This document shows positions 30,681 through 40,948 of a DNA stretch of 64,000 nt, piece after piece; within the stretch, counting starts at the first letter, position 1, and each line of letters begins with the position of its first letter. A program made the translations under genes and the position numbers. The stretch is from the NCBI GenBank assembly GCA_963750165.1, contig CAVVPN010000012.1, positions 960,001 to 1,024,000 on the forward strand, given 5' to 3'. This DNA comes from an uncultured Gemmataceae bacterium (GTDB lineage Bacteria > Planctomycetota > Planctomycetia > Gemmatales > Gemmataceae). Below the pieces are notes generated by a model, which ran no database searches, had not been told where the DNA came from, and was given only the letters and a program-made list of their open reading frames with translations.

Positions 30681-31700
30681 ATGACGCGGCAAATGTGGCG
30701 CCTGATCGTCGGAGCGGGGTGTTGCCTCAGCCTGCTGTCGGCGTGTGCGCAGGGCCCTGGCCGCCTGTATCAGACTGACTGCCGACCCTCCGCCGACAAG
30801 GCCGCGCTCGCCATCAAAGATCCGCCCCAGAGCAGCGCGGAGGAGCAGGAGCCGAAGGGACCGCCGCGGGAATCGCCCTACCACCTCATCCCGCCGCCGC
30901 CCATCGTCAAAAATCCAATCCCGATGCCACAGGCACCGCCACCGGCTGCCCTCTTCCCGGACACGCCGGCCAATGTGGGGCCGCCAGTTCAGCAGCTGGT
31001 AGCGCACCATGACGTGCCGCCGGAGGAGGTGAGCCGCCTGGTCAGTGCGTTAAACCTCTTCCTCAAGAAACGACCGCGCGAGGCGACGGCGGCCCTGAAG
31101 GGCTACAGCCCGCAGACGCAGGACTACCTGCTGCGGGTGCTGCCGACACTGGCGACCCTGGAGAAGACGAGCATTGAGCGGCTGTCGCCCGAAGAGGCGG
31201 CCGAATTGCAGGACCAGCTGGAAAACCTGGTGCAGACGCTGCGCAGTCGGGCCAACCTGGTCATTGGCGAAATGTGCCTGTGCGAGCGCATCCGGGGCTA
31301 CGGCGACTACGACCCGCTGCCGGCCGGCCATGCGTTCCAACCCACCCGTCAGGGACGGCCCGGCGACCTGGTGCAAATCTACCTGGAACTGCGGAACTTC
31401 GCCACCGAACCCCGCGACGGCTATTACCAGACCTGTCTGGACACCACCATCGAGCTGTTCCAGGATCACCAGGGCAAACCGGTGTCGGTCTGGAAGCGCA
31501 GCCTGCAGGACGGCCGCACCCCGCTGCGCAGCCTGACGCCGCGGCACGACTGCTTCAACAAGTACACCTTCTGTGTGCCGAACGTCGGGCCTGGCGAGTA
31601 TCAATTGACCATCCAGATAAAGGACCAGACGACGGCAGCGCGCGCCCGGCCGCCGGCTCACAAGACCATCCGCTTCGTCGTCGCCGAACCAACGCCCTGA
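30681..31700 (+). CDS. Hypothetical lipoprotein
   Basis: GAGG RBS, lipobox LLSAC, Pro-rich linker, beta-rich C-terminal domain. Confidence 0.75.
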   Translation: MTRQMWRLIVGAGCCLSLLSACAQGPGRLYQTDCRPSADKAALAIKDPPQSSAEEQEPKGPPRESPYHLIPPPPIVKNPIPMPQAPPPAALFPDTPANVGPPVQQLVAHHDVPPEEVSRLVSALNLFLKKRPREATAALKGYSPQTQDYLLRVLPTLATLEKTSIERLSPEEAAELQDQLENLVQTLRSRANLVIGEMCLCERIRGYGDYDPLPAGHAFQPTRQGRPGDLVQIYLELRNFATEPRDGYYQTCLDTTIELFQDHQGKPVSVWKRSLQDGRTPLRSLTPRHDCFNKYTFCVPNVGPGEYQLTIQIKDQTTAARARPPAHKTIRFVVAEPTP

Positions 31701-31812
31701 AATCACCACAAAGACACAAAGAAACACAAAGGAAAGACCCAGGGAGAGTGAATCAACCTCTCCTTGTTCCTGTCTGCCTTCTTCGTGTTTCTTTGTGTCT
31801 TTGTGGTGATTT
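31700..31812. repeat. 9-nt-periodic inverted repeat, family E
   Basis: AAATCACCACAAAGACACAAAGAAACACAAAG...CTTCGTGTTTCTTTGTGTCTTTGTGGTGATTT. Confidence 0.85.
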
Positions 31813-31874
31813 TTGCCTCAACCGTTGTACAACACCCATTTCCCAGCAACTCACACCCGCACGGAGCCGCTGTT

Positions 31875-32507
31875 ATGAGCGAAGTCAAGGCGACCAACAT
31901 CACCTGGCACGAGGGCCACGTCACCCGCGAGGAGCGCGGCAAACTGCTCGGCCAGCAGGGAGCGACGCTGTGGTTCACCGGCCTGAGCGGCTCGGGCAAG
32001 AGCACGCTGGCGTTCACGCTGGAACACGCTCTGGTGCAGCGCGGCCGCCTGGCCTACGTGCTCGACGGTGACAACATCCGTCACGGTCTGAACAAAAACC
32101 TCGGCTTTTCCGCCGCCGACCGCGAGGAGAACATCCGTCGCATCGGCGAGGTCGCCAAGCTGTTCGCGGACTGCGGCGTCATCACCATGACCAGCTTCAT
32201 CAGCCCCTACCGCAAGGACCGCGACACCGTTCGCGCTCTGCATGCCGCCAGTGGGTTGCCGTTCATCGAAATTTACGTCAACACGCCGATCACCACCTGC
32301 GAGCAGCGCGACCCCAAGGGCCTCTACAAGAAGGCCCGCGCCGCCCTCGCCGGCGGCAAGGGCATGGGCTTCACCGGCGTCGATGACCCGTACGAGGAAC
32401 CGACGCAGCCCGAGCTGTGCATCGACGCGACCGCCACAACGCCGGCGCAGGCGACCGAACAACTGCTTGCGTACCTGGAGAGCCGGGGGATTTTGCCGCG
32501 GTCGTGA
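31875..32507 (+). CDS. cysC: Adenylyl-sulfate kinase
   Basis: WFTGLSGSGKST, LDGDNIRHGL, SFISPY, RDPKGLY. Confidence 0.97.
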   Translation: MSEVKATNITWHEGHVTREERGKLLGQQGATLWFTGLSGSGKSTLAFTLEHALVQRGRLAYVLDGDNIRHGLNKNLGFSAADREENIRRIGEVAKLFADCGVITMTSFISPYRKDRDTVRALHAASGLPFIEIYVNTPITTCEQRDPKGLYKKARAALAGGKGMGFTGVDDPYEEPTQPELCIDATATTPAQATEQLLAYLESRGILPRS

Positions 32508-32668
32508 CGGTGGTGGCGACCCTTCTGAGGGCCGATTTTTCTGCCCGGATTCACGGCGCTCGCCAGCCGGCAGGGTCGCCGACCTTGCGTGTACCTCTCC
32601 TAACCGGAGTATCCCGACGTTGCCTGGAAAAAACCACTTGATTTTTTCTTTCGGCGCTCAGAGCCGCG

Positions 32669-32697
32669 TTGACACTCTCTTTAGGTCAACGTAGACT
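32669..32697 (+). promoter_or_regulatory. Sigma-70 promoter TTGACA-N17-TAGACT overlapped by an inverted repeat
   Basis: Consensus -35 and 17-nt spacer; CGTTGAC-N11-GTCAACG at 32667-32691. Confidence 0.7.
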
Positions 32698-32797
32698 TGG
32701 CGAAACTTGAGTCGCTACGGCGGTTTAAGGAAAAACCGATCGCGGTCGGAGCCGCACAATCGGCACAACCGTTACTCCTGGCAAAACGGGTTGCTTC

Positions 32798-33517
32798 ATG
32801 CCGTTACCCTTGACTCCGCTAACTGTTCGGCCCGCCGAGGGCTTTTACACCTCCGAGGTGCAGTCCCCCGGGCCGCTGCCGGTACGCACTTTCCTGCCGA
32901 CCGGCTACGAGCCGCGCTATCCGTATCCGTTGCTGGTGTTCCTGCACGGCCACGGCGGCAACGAGGAGCAGATCCTGCGGCTGGCACCGCGGCTGAGCCG
33001 GCGCAACTTCATCTGCATCGGCCTGCGCGGGCCGGATTTTTTGGGCGTGCGGGCAGACGGCCGGGCCGGCTACGCCTGGGGCCCCGACAGCGGCTCTGAC
33101 GTGCTGGTCGAGGACTACGTGTTCCGCGCCGTGGAGCAGACACGGCGGTCGTATCACGTTCACTCGGAGCGCATCTACCTGGCGGGCATTTGCGAGGGGG
33201 CGACGCTGTCGTATCGGCTGGGCTTGATGTTCCCGGAGCGCTTCGCCGGGGTCATTTCGCTGAACGGTGCGATGCCGCGGCGCGGCGGCCCCTTGCTGCG
33301 GTTGCAGGATGTGCGTCACCTGCGCATGTTCATCGGCCACGGCATCGCCAACTCCGTGGTGCCGCTGAGCCTGGCTCACGAGGACCATCGACTGCTGTAC
33401 AGCGCCGGCATGGCGGTCGAGATGCACACCTACCCGACGACCCACAAACTGCACCCCGATATGCTGCGCGACATCAACCGCTGGGTCATCACGCACTGTA
33501 ACGAGGAGTTCGTATAA
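32798..33517 (+). CDS. Alpha/beta-hydrolase fold protein (phospholipase/carboxylesterase-like)
   Basis: PLLVFLHGHG, RIYLAGICEG, FIGHGIANSVVP. Confidence 0.85.
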   Translation: MPLPLTPLTVRPAEGFYTSEVQSPGPLPVRTFLPTGYEPRYPYPLLVFLHGHGGNEEQILRLAPRLSRRNFICIGLRGPDFLGVRADGRAGYAWGPDSGSDVLVEDYVFRAVEQTRRSYHVHSERIYLAGICEGATLSYRLGLMFPERFAGVISLNGAMPRRGGPLLRLQDVRHLRMFIGHGIANSVVPLSLAHEDHRLLYSAGMAVEMHTYPTTHKLHPDMLRDINRWVITHCNEEFV

Positions 33518-33554
33518 TACGGTGAGGGCTCCGACCTACCACGAAGATTCATAA

Positions 33555-33584
33555 CCCCGTTTACGTTGCGCAACGTAAACGGGG
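33555..33584. repeat. Family C palindrome, possible terminator
   Basis: CCCCGTTTACGTTGCGCAACGTAAACGGGG followed by CTTTT. Confidence 0.8.
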
Positions 33585-33831
33585 CTTTTCCTTGTGTCGA
33601 AGACCATGGACGTCCGCCGACTGCTGCAGCGCCTGCAACACGGGGGCGACGCCGCATTTGGCCACCTGGCCTCGCCTGACACGGTACGCCGTCCGGTGGC
33701 AACGACTGCCCAGCACCGGGAGAGCGATTTTTTCCCGCGACCCAGCGGTACAGACAAACCGCGGCGCACCAGCTAAAAAGGAGAAATCGAGCGCCCCGAA
33801 GCCATGATCCCAACCCCCGCAGAGCAATTTC

Positions 33832-34950
33832 ATGCACGAACACTGGATCGCGGAGCGGATGCGGCAGGTGGAAGTGTCGGGCATCCGTCAGGTGTTCGAC
33901 CTGGCCAGAAGCCTGAAGGACCCGGTGAACCTGAGCATCGGGGTGCCGCACTTCGACGTGCCGGCGCCGATCAAGGCCGCCGCGCACGCCGCCATCGACC
34001 GCGGCGAGAACGCCTACACCGTCAGCCAGGGCATCGCCGAGCTGCGCTCGAAAATCCACAACGACGTGCGCCGCCGCTATCCGCACCCCGACCGCGAGAC
34101 GTTTATCACCAGCGGCACCAGCGGCGGTCTGGTCCTGGCCCTGACCTGCGTCCTCAACCCCGGCGATGAGGTCATCCTCTTCGACCCGTACTTCGTGATG
34201 TATCCGCACTTCATCACGGTCGCCGGCGGCAAGCCGGTGCTCCTCGACACCTACCCGGATTTCCGCATCGACCCTGCGCAGGTCGAGGCCGCCATCACGC
34301 CGCGCACCAAGGCCATCATCGTCAACAATCCGGCCAACCCGACCGGCAAGCTGCACGACCGCGCCACCCTGGCGGCCCTGGCGCAGCTGGCGCAGCGGCG
34401 CGACGTGCTGCTGATGAGCGATGAGGTGTACCGGGCGTTCTGCTACGACGGCGCCTTCCACAGCCCGGCGGAGTTCAACGAGGACGTGTTGGTGCTGGAC
34501 GGCTTCAGCAAGACGTACGCCATGACGGGTTGGCGGCTCGGCTACTGCCACGGGCCGCGGCGGTTGATCGAGGAGATGATTAAATTGCAGCAGTTCACGT
34601 ATGTGTGCGCCCCAAGCATCGTGCAGCACGCCGGTGTCGCCGCCTGGGACTATGACGTGTCGGCCATCGTCGCCGACTACAAGCACAAGCGCGACCGGCT
34701 ATATGATGCGCTCCGGGGGGCTTATGAGATCGTCAAGCCGGGCGGCGCGTTTTACATGTTTCCGCGCGTGCCGTGGGGCACCGGGCACGAGTTCGTCGCC
34801 GAGGCGATCCGTAACAACCTGCTCATCATCCCCGGCGGCGTGTTCAGCAAGGCGGACACGCACTTCCGCATCAGCTATGCGGCGAGCGACCAGACGATTG
34901 ACCGCGGCGTTGAGATCTTGCTGCGGCTGGCGCAGCGGCCGCGGCGTTGA
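33832..34950 (+). CDS. PLP-dependent aminotransferase class I/II
   Basis: NPANPTG, SDEVY, GFSKTYAMTGWRLG. Confidence 0.93.
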   Translation: MHEHWIAERMRQVEVSGIRQVFDLARSLKDPVNLSIGVPHFDVPAPIKAAAHAAIDRGENAYTVSQGIAELRSKIHNDVRRRYPHPDRETFITSGTSGGLVLALTCVLNPGDEVILFDPYFVMYPHFITVAGGKPVLLDTYPDFRIDPAQVEAAITPRTKAIIVNNPANPTGKLHDRATLAALAQLAQRRDVLLMSDEVYRAFCYDGAFHSPAEFNEDVLVLDGFSKTYAMTGWRLGYCHGPRRLIEEMIKLQQFTYVCAPSIVQHAGVAAWDYDVSAIVADYKHKRDRLYDALRGAYEIVKPGGAFYMFPRVPWGTGHEFVAEAIRNNLLIIPGGVFSKADTHFRISYAASDQTIDRGVEILLRLAQRPRR

Positions 34951-35013
34951 ACTGGCTGGCGTGAGACCCGGAACAACCTGAGGAGAGTCGCGATCGAGCG
35001 CTTGCGGTGATGC

Positions 35014-35595
35014 ATGGCATCTTCCGGACCGACTCTTGAACAGCTAAAGACTCGTTTGGAGCGACTGCTTCCCTTGGCGGCAGCGTTCGCGGAGACCGTC
35101 TATCGGTCGAGCACGCCCAAATATGCCAACGAATCGGATCTGCTGACAGGGGAAGGAAGCAGACGCCATGGCGGTCGGTGGAATCCGCTCGGAATCGCCA
35201 TGGTTTACGCTTCCCTGACGCCGGAAACCGCGATGGCGGAGACGTTGGCCCATCACCGCTACTACCGAATTCCCATTGAGGACGCGATGCCCCGAACGTT
35301 CGTGGCGCTGGAGGCAAGCCTTCGAGCAGTGCTCGACTTTCGGCTGGGGCCTGTTCGCCAGCGGCTCCAGGTATCCCTGGAGCGCGTCCTGGTCGTGGAT
35401 TGGCGAAAAGAGGTCCGGGCGGCCCAGGAACCGATCACGCAGACGATTGGACGGGCTGCCCTGGAAATCGGCCTGGAGGGCCTGATCGTGCCCTCCGCCG
35501 CCGATCCGAAAGGCCATAATCTGCTGGTGTTTCCAGGAAATTTGCAGTCGGACAGTGAAATCCGCGTCCTGCATGCGGACCGGTTAGCGCCGTAA
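35014..35595 (+). CDS. RES-domain toxin
   Basis: VYR, GGRWNP, VYAS...AMAE, GLIVPSA, NLLVF. Confidence 0.9.
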   Translation: MASSGPTLEQLKTRLERLLPLAAAFAETVYRSSTPKYANESDLLTGEGSRRHGGRWNPLGIAMVYASLTPETAMAETLAHHRYYRIPIEDAMPRTFVALEASLRAVLDFRLGPVRQRLQVSLERVLVVDWRKEVRAAQEPITQTIGRAALEIGLEGLIVPSAADPKGHNLLVFPGNLQSDSEIRVLHADRLAP

Positions 35596-35623
35596 ATATC
35601 TGCAACTTTGCATGCAAGTCTGC

Positions 35624-35652
35624 TTGACCCGACGGGCCAAAGCGCCGATAAT
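35624..35652 (+). promoter_or_regulatory. Sigma-70 promoter TTGACC-N17-GATAAT for the antitoxin
   Basis: Near-consensus boxes; palindrome TTGCATGCAA at 35608-35617. Confidence 0.65.
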
Positions 35653-35706
35653 GAAACAGGCTCGCCCATCGCCGCACGGCGACGAGTCTGGGAAGGGAGG
35701 TAAATC

Positions 35707-36129
35707 ATGGCGGTGGTCGTTCACGATCAAACAACGGCGCAGCAGCCGATTCATACCAAGGCTAAGCCGAGGACGCGACCGGTCAAGGAGGTCGCCACCC
35801 CCGTGAAGCCAGGCATGGTGGTGGACCTGCGCAAACGGCTGCAATTGAACCAGGCGGTGTTCGCCCGACTCCTCCCGGTTTCTGTGCGCACGCTGGCGAC
35901 GCTGGAAAGCGGCTCCCCGCCAACGGATGTGGTTGCGCGCCGCCTGATCGAACTGCGGCGCTTGACGGGCGCCTTGGCCGAAGTCATGAAAGCGGAATCT
36001 CTCGGGAAATGGCTACAGACGCCCAACGAAGCGTTTGACGGACTGAAACCGCTCGAAGTCATCGACCGTGGTGAGAGTGACCGCCTCTGGGCGATGATTT
36101 ACTTCCTCCGTTCCGGCGCGCCCTCGTGA
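35707..36129 (+). CDS. HTH + Xre/MbcA/ParS C-terminal antitoxin
   Basis: HTH LNQAVFARLLPVSVRTLATLE; WLQTPNEAFDGLKPLEVI; GGAGG RBS. Confidence 0.88.
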   Translation: MAVVVHDQTTAQQPIHTKAKPRTRPVKEVATPVKPGMVVDLRKRLQLNQAVFARLLPVSVRTLATLESGSPPTDVVARRLIELRRLTGALAEVMKAESLGKWLQTPNEAFDGLKPLEVIDRGESDRLWAMIYFLRSGAPS

Positions 36130-36289
36130 GAGTGTTCGGACAAAATGGCCCGCCGCCCGCAAGCCCCCTATCGTCTGCACAACTCCCCCGCGTTTCCGCG
36201 ATTTTCTCAGCAGGTGGATCTTCGCTTCTCTGAGAAGTCCTGGTAAAATAGACAATCTGAGACGCACACTCCCCTGGGATGCACCGGCC

Positions 36290-37540
36290 ATGTCCACCGC
36301 CACGCTCGACCGCCCGCGCACTCAGCTGAACGACCCCGGCATCATCCGCCGCGTCAACGCCCTGCGCACCACCGACAACTGCACCAACTGGCTGTACTTC
36401 GTCCGCGAGTACGCCTTCCTGGCGGCCGTCCTCGGCCTGACCATCGCGTTCTACCAGATGCACGACCAGTTCGGCCTGCACTGGCTGTGGACGGTGCCGG
36501 TGACGCTGGTGGCGATTGTCCTGATCGGCGCCGGTCAGCATCGGCTGACCACCCTCGCCCACGAGGCCAGCCATTACATGCTGTTCAAGCACCGCCTGCT
36601 CAACGAACTGGCGTCCGACGTGTTGTGCATGTTTCCGATGTGGAGTGCCACGCATCACTACCGGTTGCAGCACCTGGCCCACCACCAGTTCCCCAACGAC
36701 CCCGAACGCGACCCCGACCTCGCCCAGATGGAGGCCAGCGGCCATCGCTTCCGCTTCCCCATGTCGCCGCGGCACTTCGTCTGGGAGTGCGTCCTCAAGC
36801 AGGTGCTCTGGTTCCCCAAACTGATCCGCTACCTGCGCATGCCGCACCGCTACAACGCCACCGGCGGCGGCACCGGCCCCTACGAGGCGAAGGGCAAGCG
36901 CAGCAAACTGCTCCTCCTCGTCGGCGTGCTGCACCTGCTGACGCTCGCTGCGGTGATGACGGCCCTGGTCGCGTTCGATCAGCCGGTGCTCATGGCTGTG
37001 GTGCCGCTCGTCATGCTGGCGGCCATGCTCACGTTCTGCGCCGTGGTGCCGGATCGCTTCTATCGCAAGACGATGGTCAAGTGCGACGTGTCGCCACGGG
37101 CCATGAGCTATGGCCGCGTCACGTACCTGACCGCCCTCATCAGCGGCCTGGCGTGGCTCAGCTACCTGACGGAGATGCCGTGGGGCCTGTATTACCTGGT
37201 GCTGTGGCTGGTGCCGCTGGGCACGTCGTTCAGCTTCTTCATGCTGCTGCGGCAGGTGGTGCAGCACGGCAACGCCTCAGGCGACCGTTTCACCAATACG
37301 CGCATCTTCCTCGTCAGCCGGCTCATCCGCTTCGCAGTGTTCCCGCTCGGCATGGACTATCACCTGCCGCACCACCTCTTCCCGATGGTGCCGCACTATC
37401 GCATGCGCCAGCTGCACGAGCTGCTGCTGGAAACGGAGGAGTATCGGCAGCAAGCGCTGGTCGTGGAGGGCTACTTCTTCCATCGCCGGCCGCCGCAGCA
37501 TCCGACAGTGGTGGAGGTGATGGCGCAGCCGCCACGCTGA
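36290..37540 (+). CDS. Fatty acid desaturase family protein
   Basis: His boxes HEASH, HLAHH, HLPHH; TM helices. Confidence 0.9.
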   Translation: MSTATLDRPRTQLNDPGIIRRVNALRTTDNCTNWLYFVREYAFLAAVLGLTIAFYQMHDQFGLHWLWTVPVTLVAIVLIGAGQHRLTTLAHEASHYMLFKHRLLNELASDVLCMFPMWSATHHYRLQHLAHHQFPNDPERDPDLAQMEASGHRFRFPMSPRHFVWECVLKQVLWFPKLIRYLRMPHRYNATGGGTGPYEAKGKRSKLLLLVGVLHLLTLAAVMTALVAFDQPVLMAVVPLVMLAAMLTFCAVVPDRFYRKTMVKCDVSPRAMSYGRVTYLTALISGLAWLSYLTEMPWGLYYLVLWLVPLGTSFSFFMLLRQVVQHGNASGDRFTNTRIFLVSRLIRFAVFPLGMDYHLPHHLFPMVPHYRMRQLHELLLETEEYRQQALVVEGYFFHRRPPQHPTVVEVMAQPPR

Positions 37541-37554
37541 TGGGGGGTCACGGG

Positions 37555-37671
37555 GTTGTGGCTTGGTCTCCGGACCAAGCCACCCGGCCCGACCGAAGGT
37601 CTCCCCGCGTTTCTACCCGGAGGAGACTTTCGGTCGCAGCCCGTGGCCCGGTCGGGAGACCGGGCCACAAC
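37555..37671. repeat. Palindromic repeat family B
   Basis: Same hairpin architecture as 2714-2828. Confidence 0.88.
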
Positions 37672-37705
37672 GGAGGCGTGAGCTTTCTTGCTTCGATTGG
37701 GACAA

Positions 37706-38113
37706 TCAGTCTTTCAGATCCCAGTTCTTTTCATTCGGCCCCGGTTTGACATCGAACTCCAGTTCGGTCTTCGTGTTGAACTTCTCGGGGAGGTCATTCC
37801 TGGTCAGCGCTCTCGTGGGGCTGTCGGGCGCATCGTAGAGTTTCTTGCGGGCGTACTCCTTCGCGTTGACGATCTTCACCCGGGCGAGACCGACCGGCAC
37901 TTTCCTGGCGGTGTATTTGCCATTCTTGATAATGCCGCCACCGTCGCCCTTGCCGTCCTTCGCCTCGAAACTGATACTGCCGTCCTCGACCTCCTTGCCG
38001 TTATACGTGACCGTGCCAGTGACTTCCCCAAGCGAGGGCTCACCGCCGCAGCCCGCCAGGGTCAGCAGCAGCACCAGACAGCCGCCAACCCAGGCGGTGC
38101 GTTGCATCAACAT
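37706..38113 (-). CDS. Small lipoprotein typical of DUF1559 loci (carboxypeptidase-regulatory-like fold)
   Basis: LAGC lipobox, VTGTVTYNG, LPEKFN...L. Confidence 0.85.
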   Translation of the reverse strand: MLMQRTAWVGGCLVLLLTLAGCGGEPSLGEVTGTVTYNGKEVEDGSISFEAKDGKGDGGGIIKNGKYTARKVPVGLARVKIVNAKEYARKKLYDAPDSPTRALTRNDLPEKFNTKTELEFDVKPGPNEKNWDLKD

Positions 38114-38139
38114 GGTTGCACTCTCCTTGGCCTGGCGTC

Positions 38140-39102
<963 letters not shown>

Positions 39103-39645
39103 GACACGCTCCTCGTACTGGGATGAAAAATGCACAATCCAAGCGCCGGACACCGGCGGGTTGGTCAATTGCTCCCTGCGCGGAAAACACGTGACGCTGC
39201 GGGGTTCCGCTACCGTTTGTGTTGTGTGGGCTCGCCAATCGACAAATGAATGGGTCTTTAGTTTCTAATGCTACCCCATAAGCACGAAGTGTCAATCAAA
39301 AACCCGTTTCTGCCGAAAAAATGGGTGTGGCCAATCTTTCGGGAGCGCTCGTTTCACAGCCTCTCCTCGCGACGAGGAATAAGAGTCTGTCTTTTTTCCC
39401 CCGCGCCTCCTGACACACGCGGGGGAGTTCATGCGCTGTCGCAACCAACTGCGACACCAAGGCTTGTATCAACGATATGGCATCTTCGGCAAAACGGTCT
39501 TGTATCCTCAGCAAGGCTTTGGTACATCCGCCGCCCCAAGACGATCTCGACGTGCGTGCTGCGGTTGTGTGTGTGTATGCGGCGCCATGCAATCCATTGG
39601 CCCGCGACCTGTACCGCCGCGCATCCAGGGAAGGAAGAGGCCCGC

Positions 39646-40657
39646 ATGGTCCTTGACAGCCCGCCACCCGTGGCCGGCGAAGGCGCCCCCTACTGGCGGT
39701 TCGCGCTGGGGTGCGTCCTGGCCGTGACGCTGTTCGCCGGGTTCGCCGAGGGGTATCTCCGGCTGTTCCCGCCGCGCGACCTGCACCCGTACCTGGGCGA
39801 GTCCTCGCCGTTGACCGGCATTTATCGGCCGGACGGCGACTTCGGCATCACCTACCGCGACTGGGAAGCGCTGGCCGCGGACAACGACGACCGCCTTCGT
39901 GAGTATCTGCCGTTCGAGTCACACGCGGCCGGCCGACCGCTGTGGGCGTTCTTCGGCAACTCGTTCGTGCAGGCCCCCGGTATGCTGGCCGACACCGCCC
40001 GCCAGGCGCTGCCGGGCACGCGCGTCTTCAACCTGGGGAAGAATGAACTGTTGCCGCTGCGGCTGGCCCAGGTCAAGTTGCTCCTGGAAAACGGGCTGCG
40101 GCCTGAGCGGATCTTCGTCGCCCTGATGCCGGTAGACGTGCTCGGCCTGGGCGAGCAACCGCTGGCGACGCAGCGCGTCACCGCGCGGGGCGCTGACCTA
40201 CGATCTCCCGAACTTCCCCGCTCCGCTGGACGGCGTGGTGCGGCACAGCCGGCTCGGCCTGGCGGCGTGCGTGCGCAGCGGCTGGCAGCGCGGCAACCCG
40301 CGCTTCCGCCAGGGCACCCTGTACGACGGTATTGAGGAACCCTTGCTGAGCGACCTGCACCAGCTGTTCGGCAGCCTGGCGCGCGTCGGCCGCAGCCACG
40401 AGGTGCCGGTGACCGTGCTGCTCATCCCCGCCTATCATCAGATTCGCGACGGGGCAAGTTGTGGCTTTCAGGACACCTTGACACCCCTGCTACGGCAGGC
40501 GGGGCTGGACGTGTTCGACCCGCGCGACGCCTTTCGGGCGCAACCGGACCTCGACGGCCTGTTCATCCCGGACCTGCACTTCAGCCCGCGCGGCAATCAG
40601 ATTTTGCTGAGCGAATTACTGCGGCACGTAGCACGGCTCTCCAGAGTCGTGGGGTGA
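39646..40657 (+). CDS. SGNH/AlgJ-like acyltransfer partner protein, frameshift near 40191
   Basis: N-terminal TM, FFGNSF, FNLG, C-terminal DLHFSPRGN (DxH); upstream of an MBOAT. Confidence 0.7.
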
Positions 40658-40932
40658 ATGCCACGGCTCTGGAGAGCCGTGCTACGAACAAGCCACCTCG
40701 GGAGCAGGTCAGATTTTGCTGAGCGAATTACTGCGGCACGTAGCACGGCTCTCCAGAGCCGTGGGGTGAATGCCACGGCTCTGGAGAGCCGTGCTACGAA
40801 CAAGCCACCTCGGGAGCAGGTCAGATTTTGCTGAGCGAATTACTGCGGCACGTAGCACGGCTCTCCAGAGCCGTGGGGTGAATGCCACGGCTCTGGAGAG
40901 CCGTGCTACGAACAAGCCACCCCGGGAGCAGG
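40597..40932 (+). repeat. Three tandem 112-bp units, each a gene 3' end plus a REP family A doublet
   Basis: Units start at 40597, 40709 and 40821; nearly identical. Confidence 0.92.
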
Positions 40933-40948
40933 CGCGAGCGAGGGTGCC

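Noticed and set aside
39103..39645. Small ORFs or an RNA in the lower-GC divergent intergenic region
   Set aside because: No RBS-supported ORF or convincing structure; probably promoter DNA
40597..40932. CRISPR array
   Set aside because: Whole 112-bp units are repeated with no unique spacers
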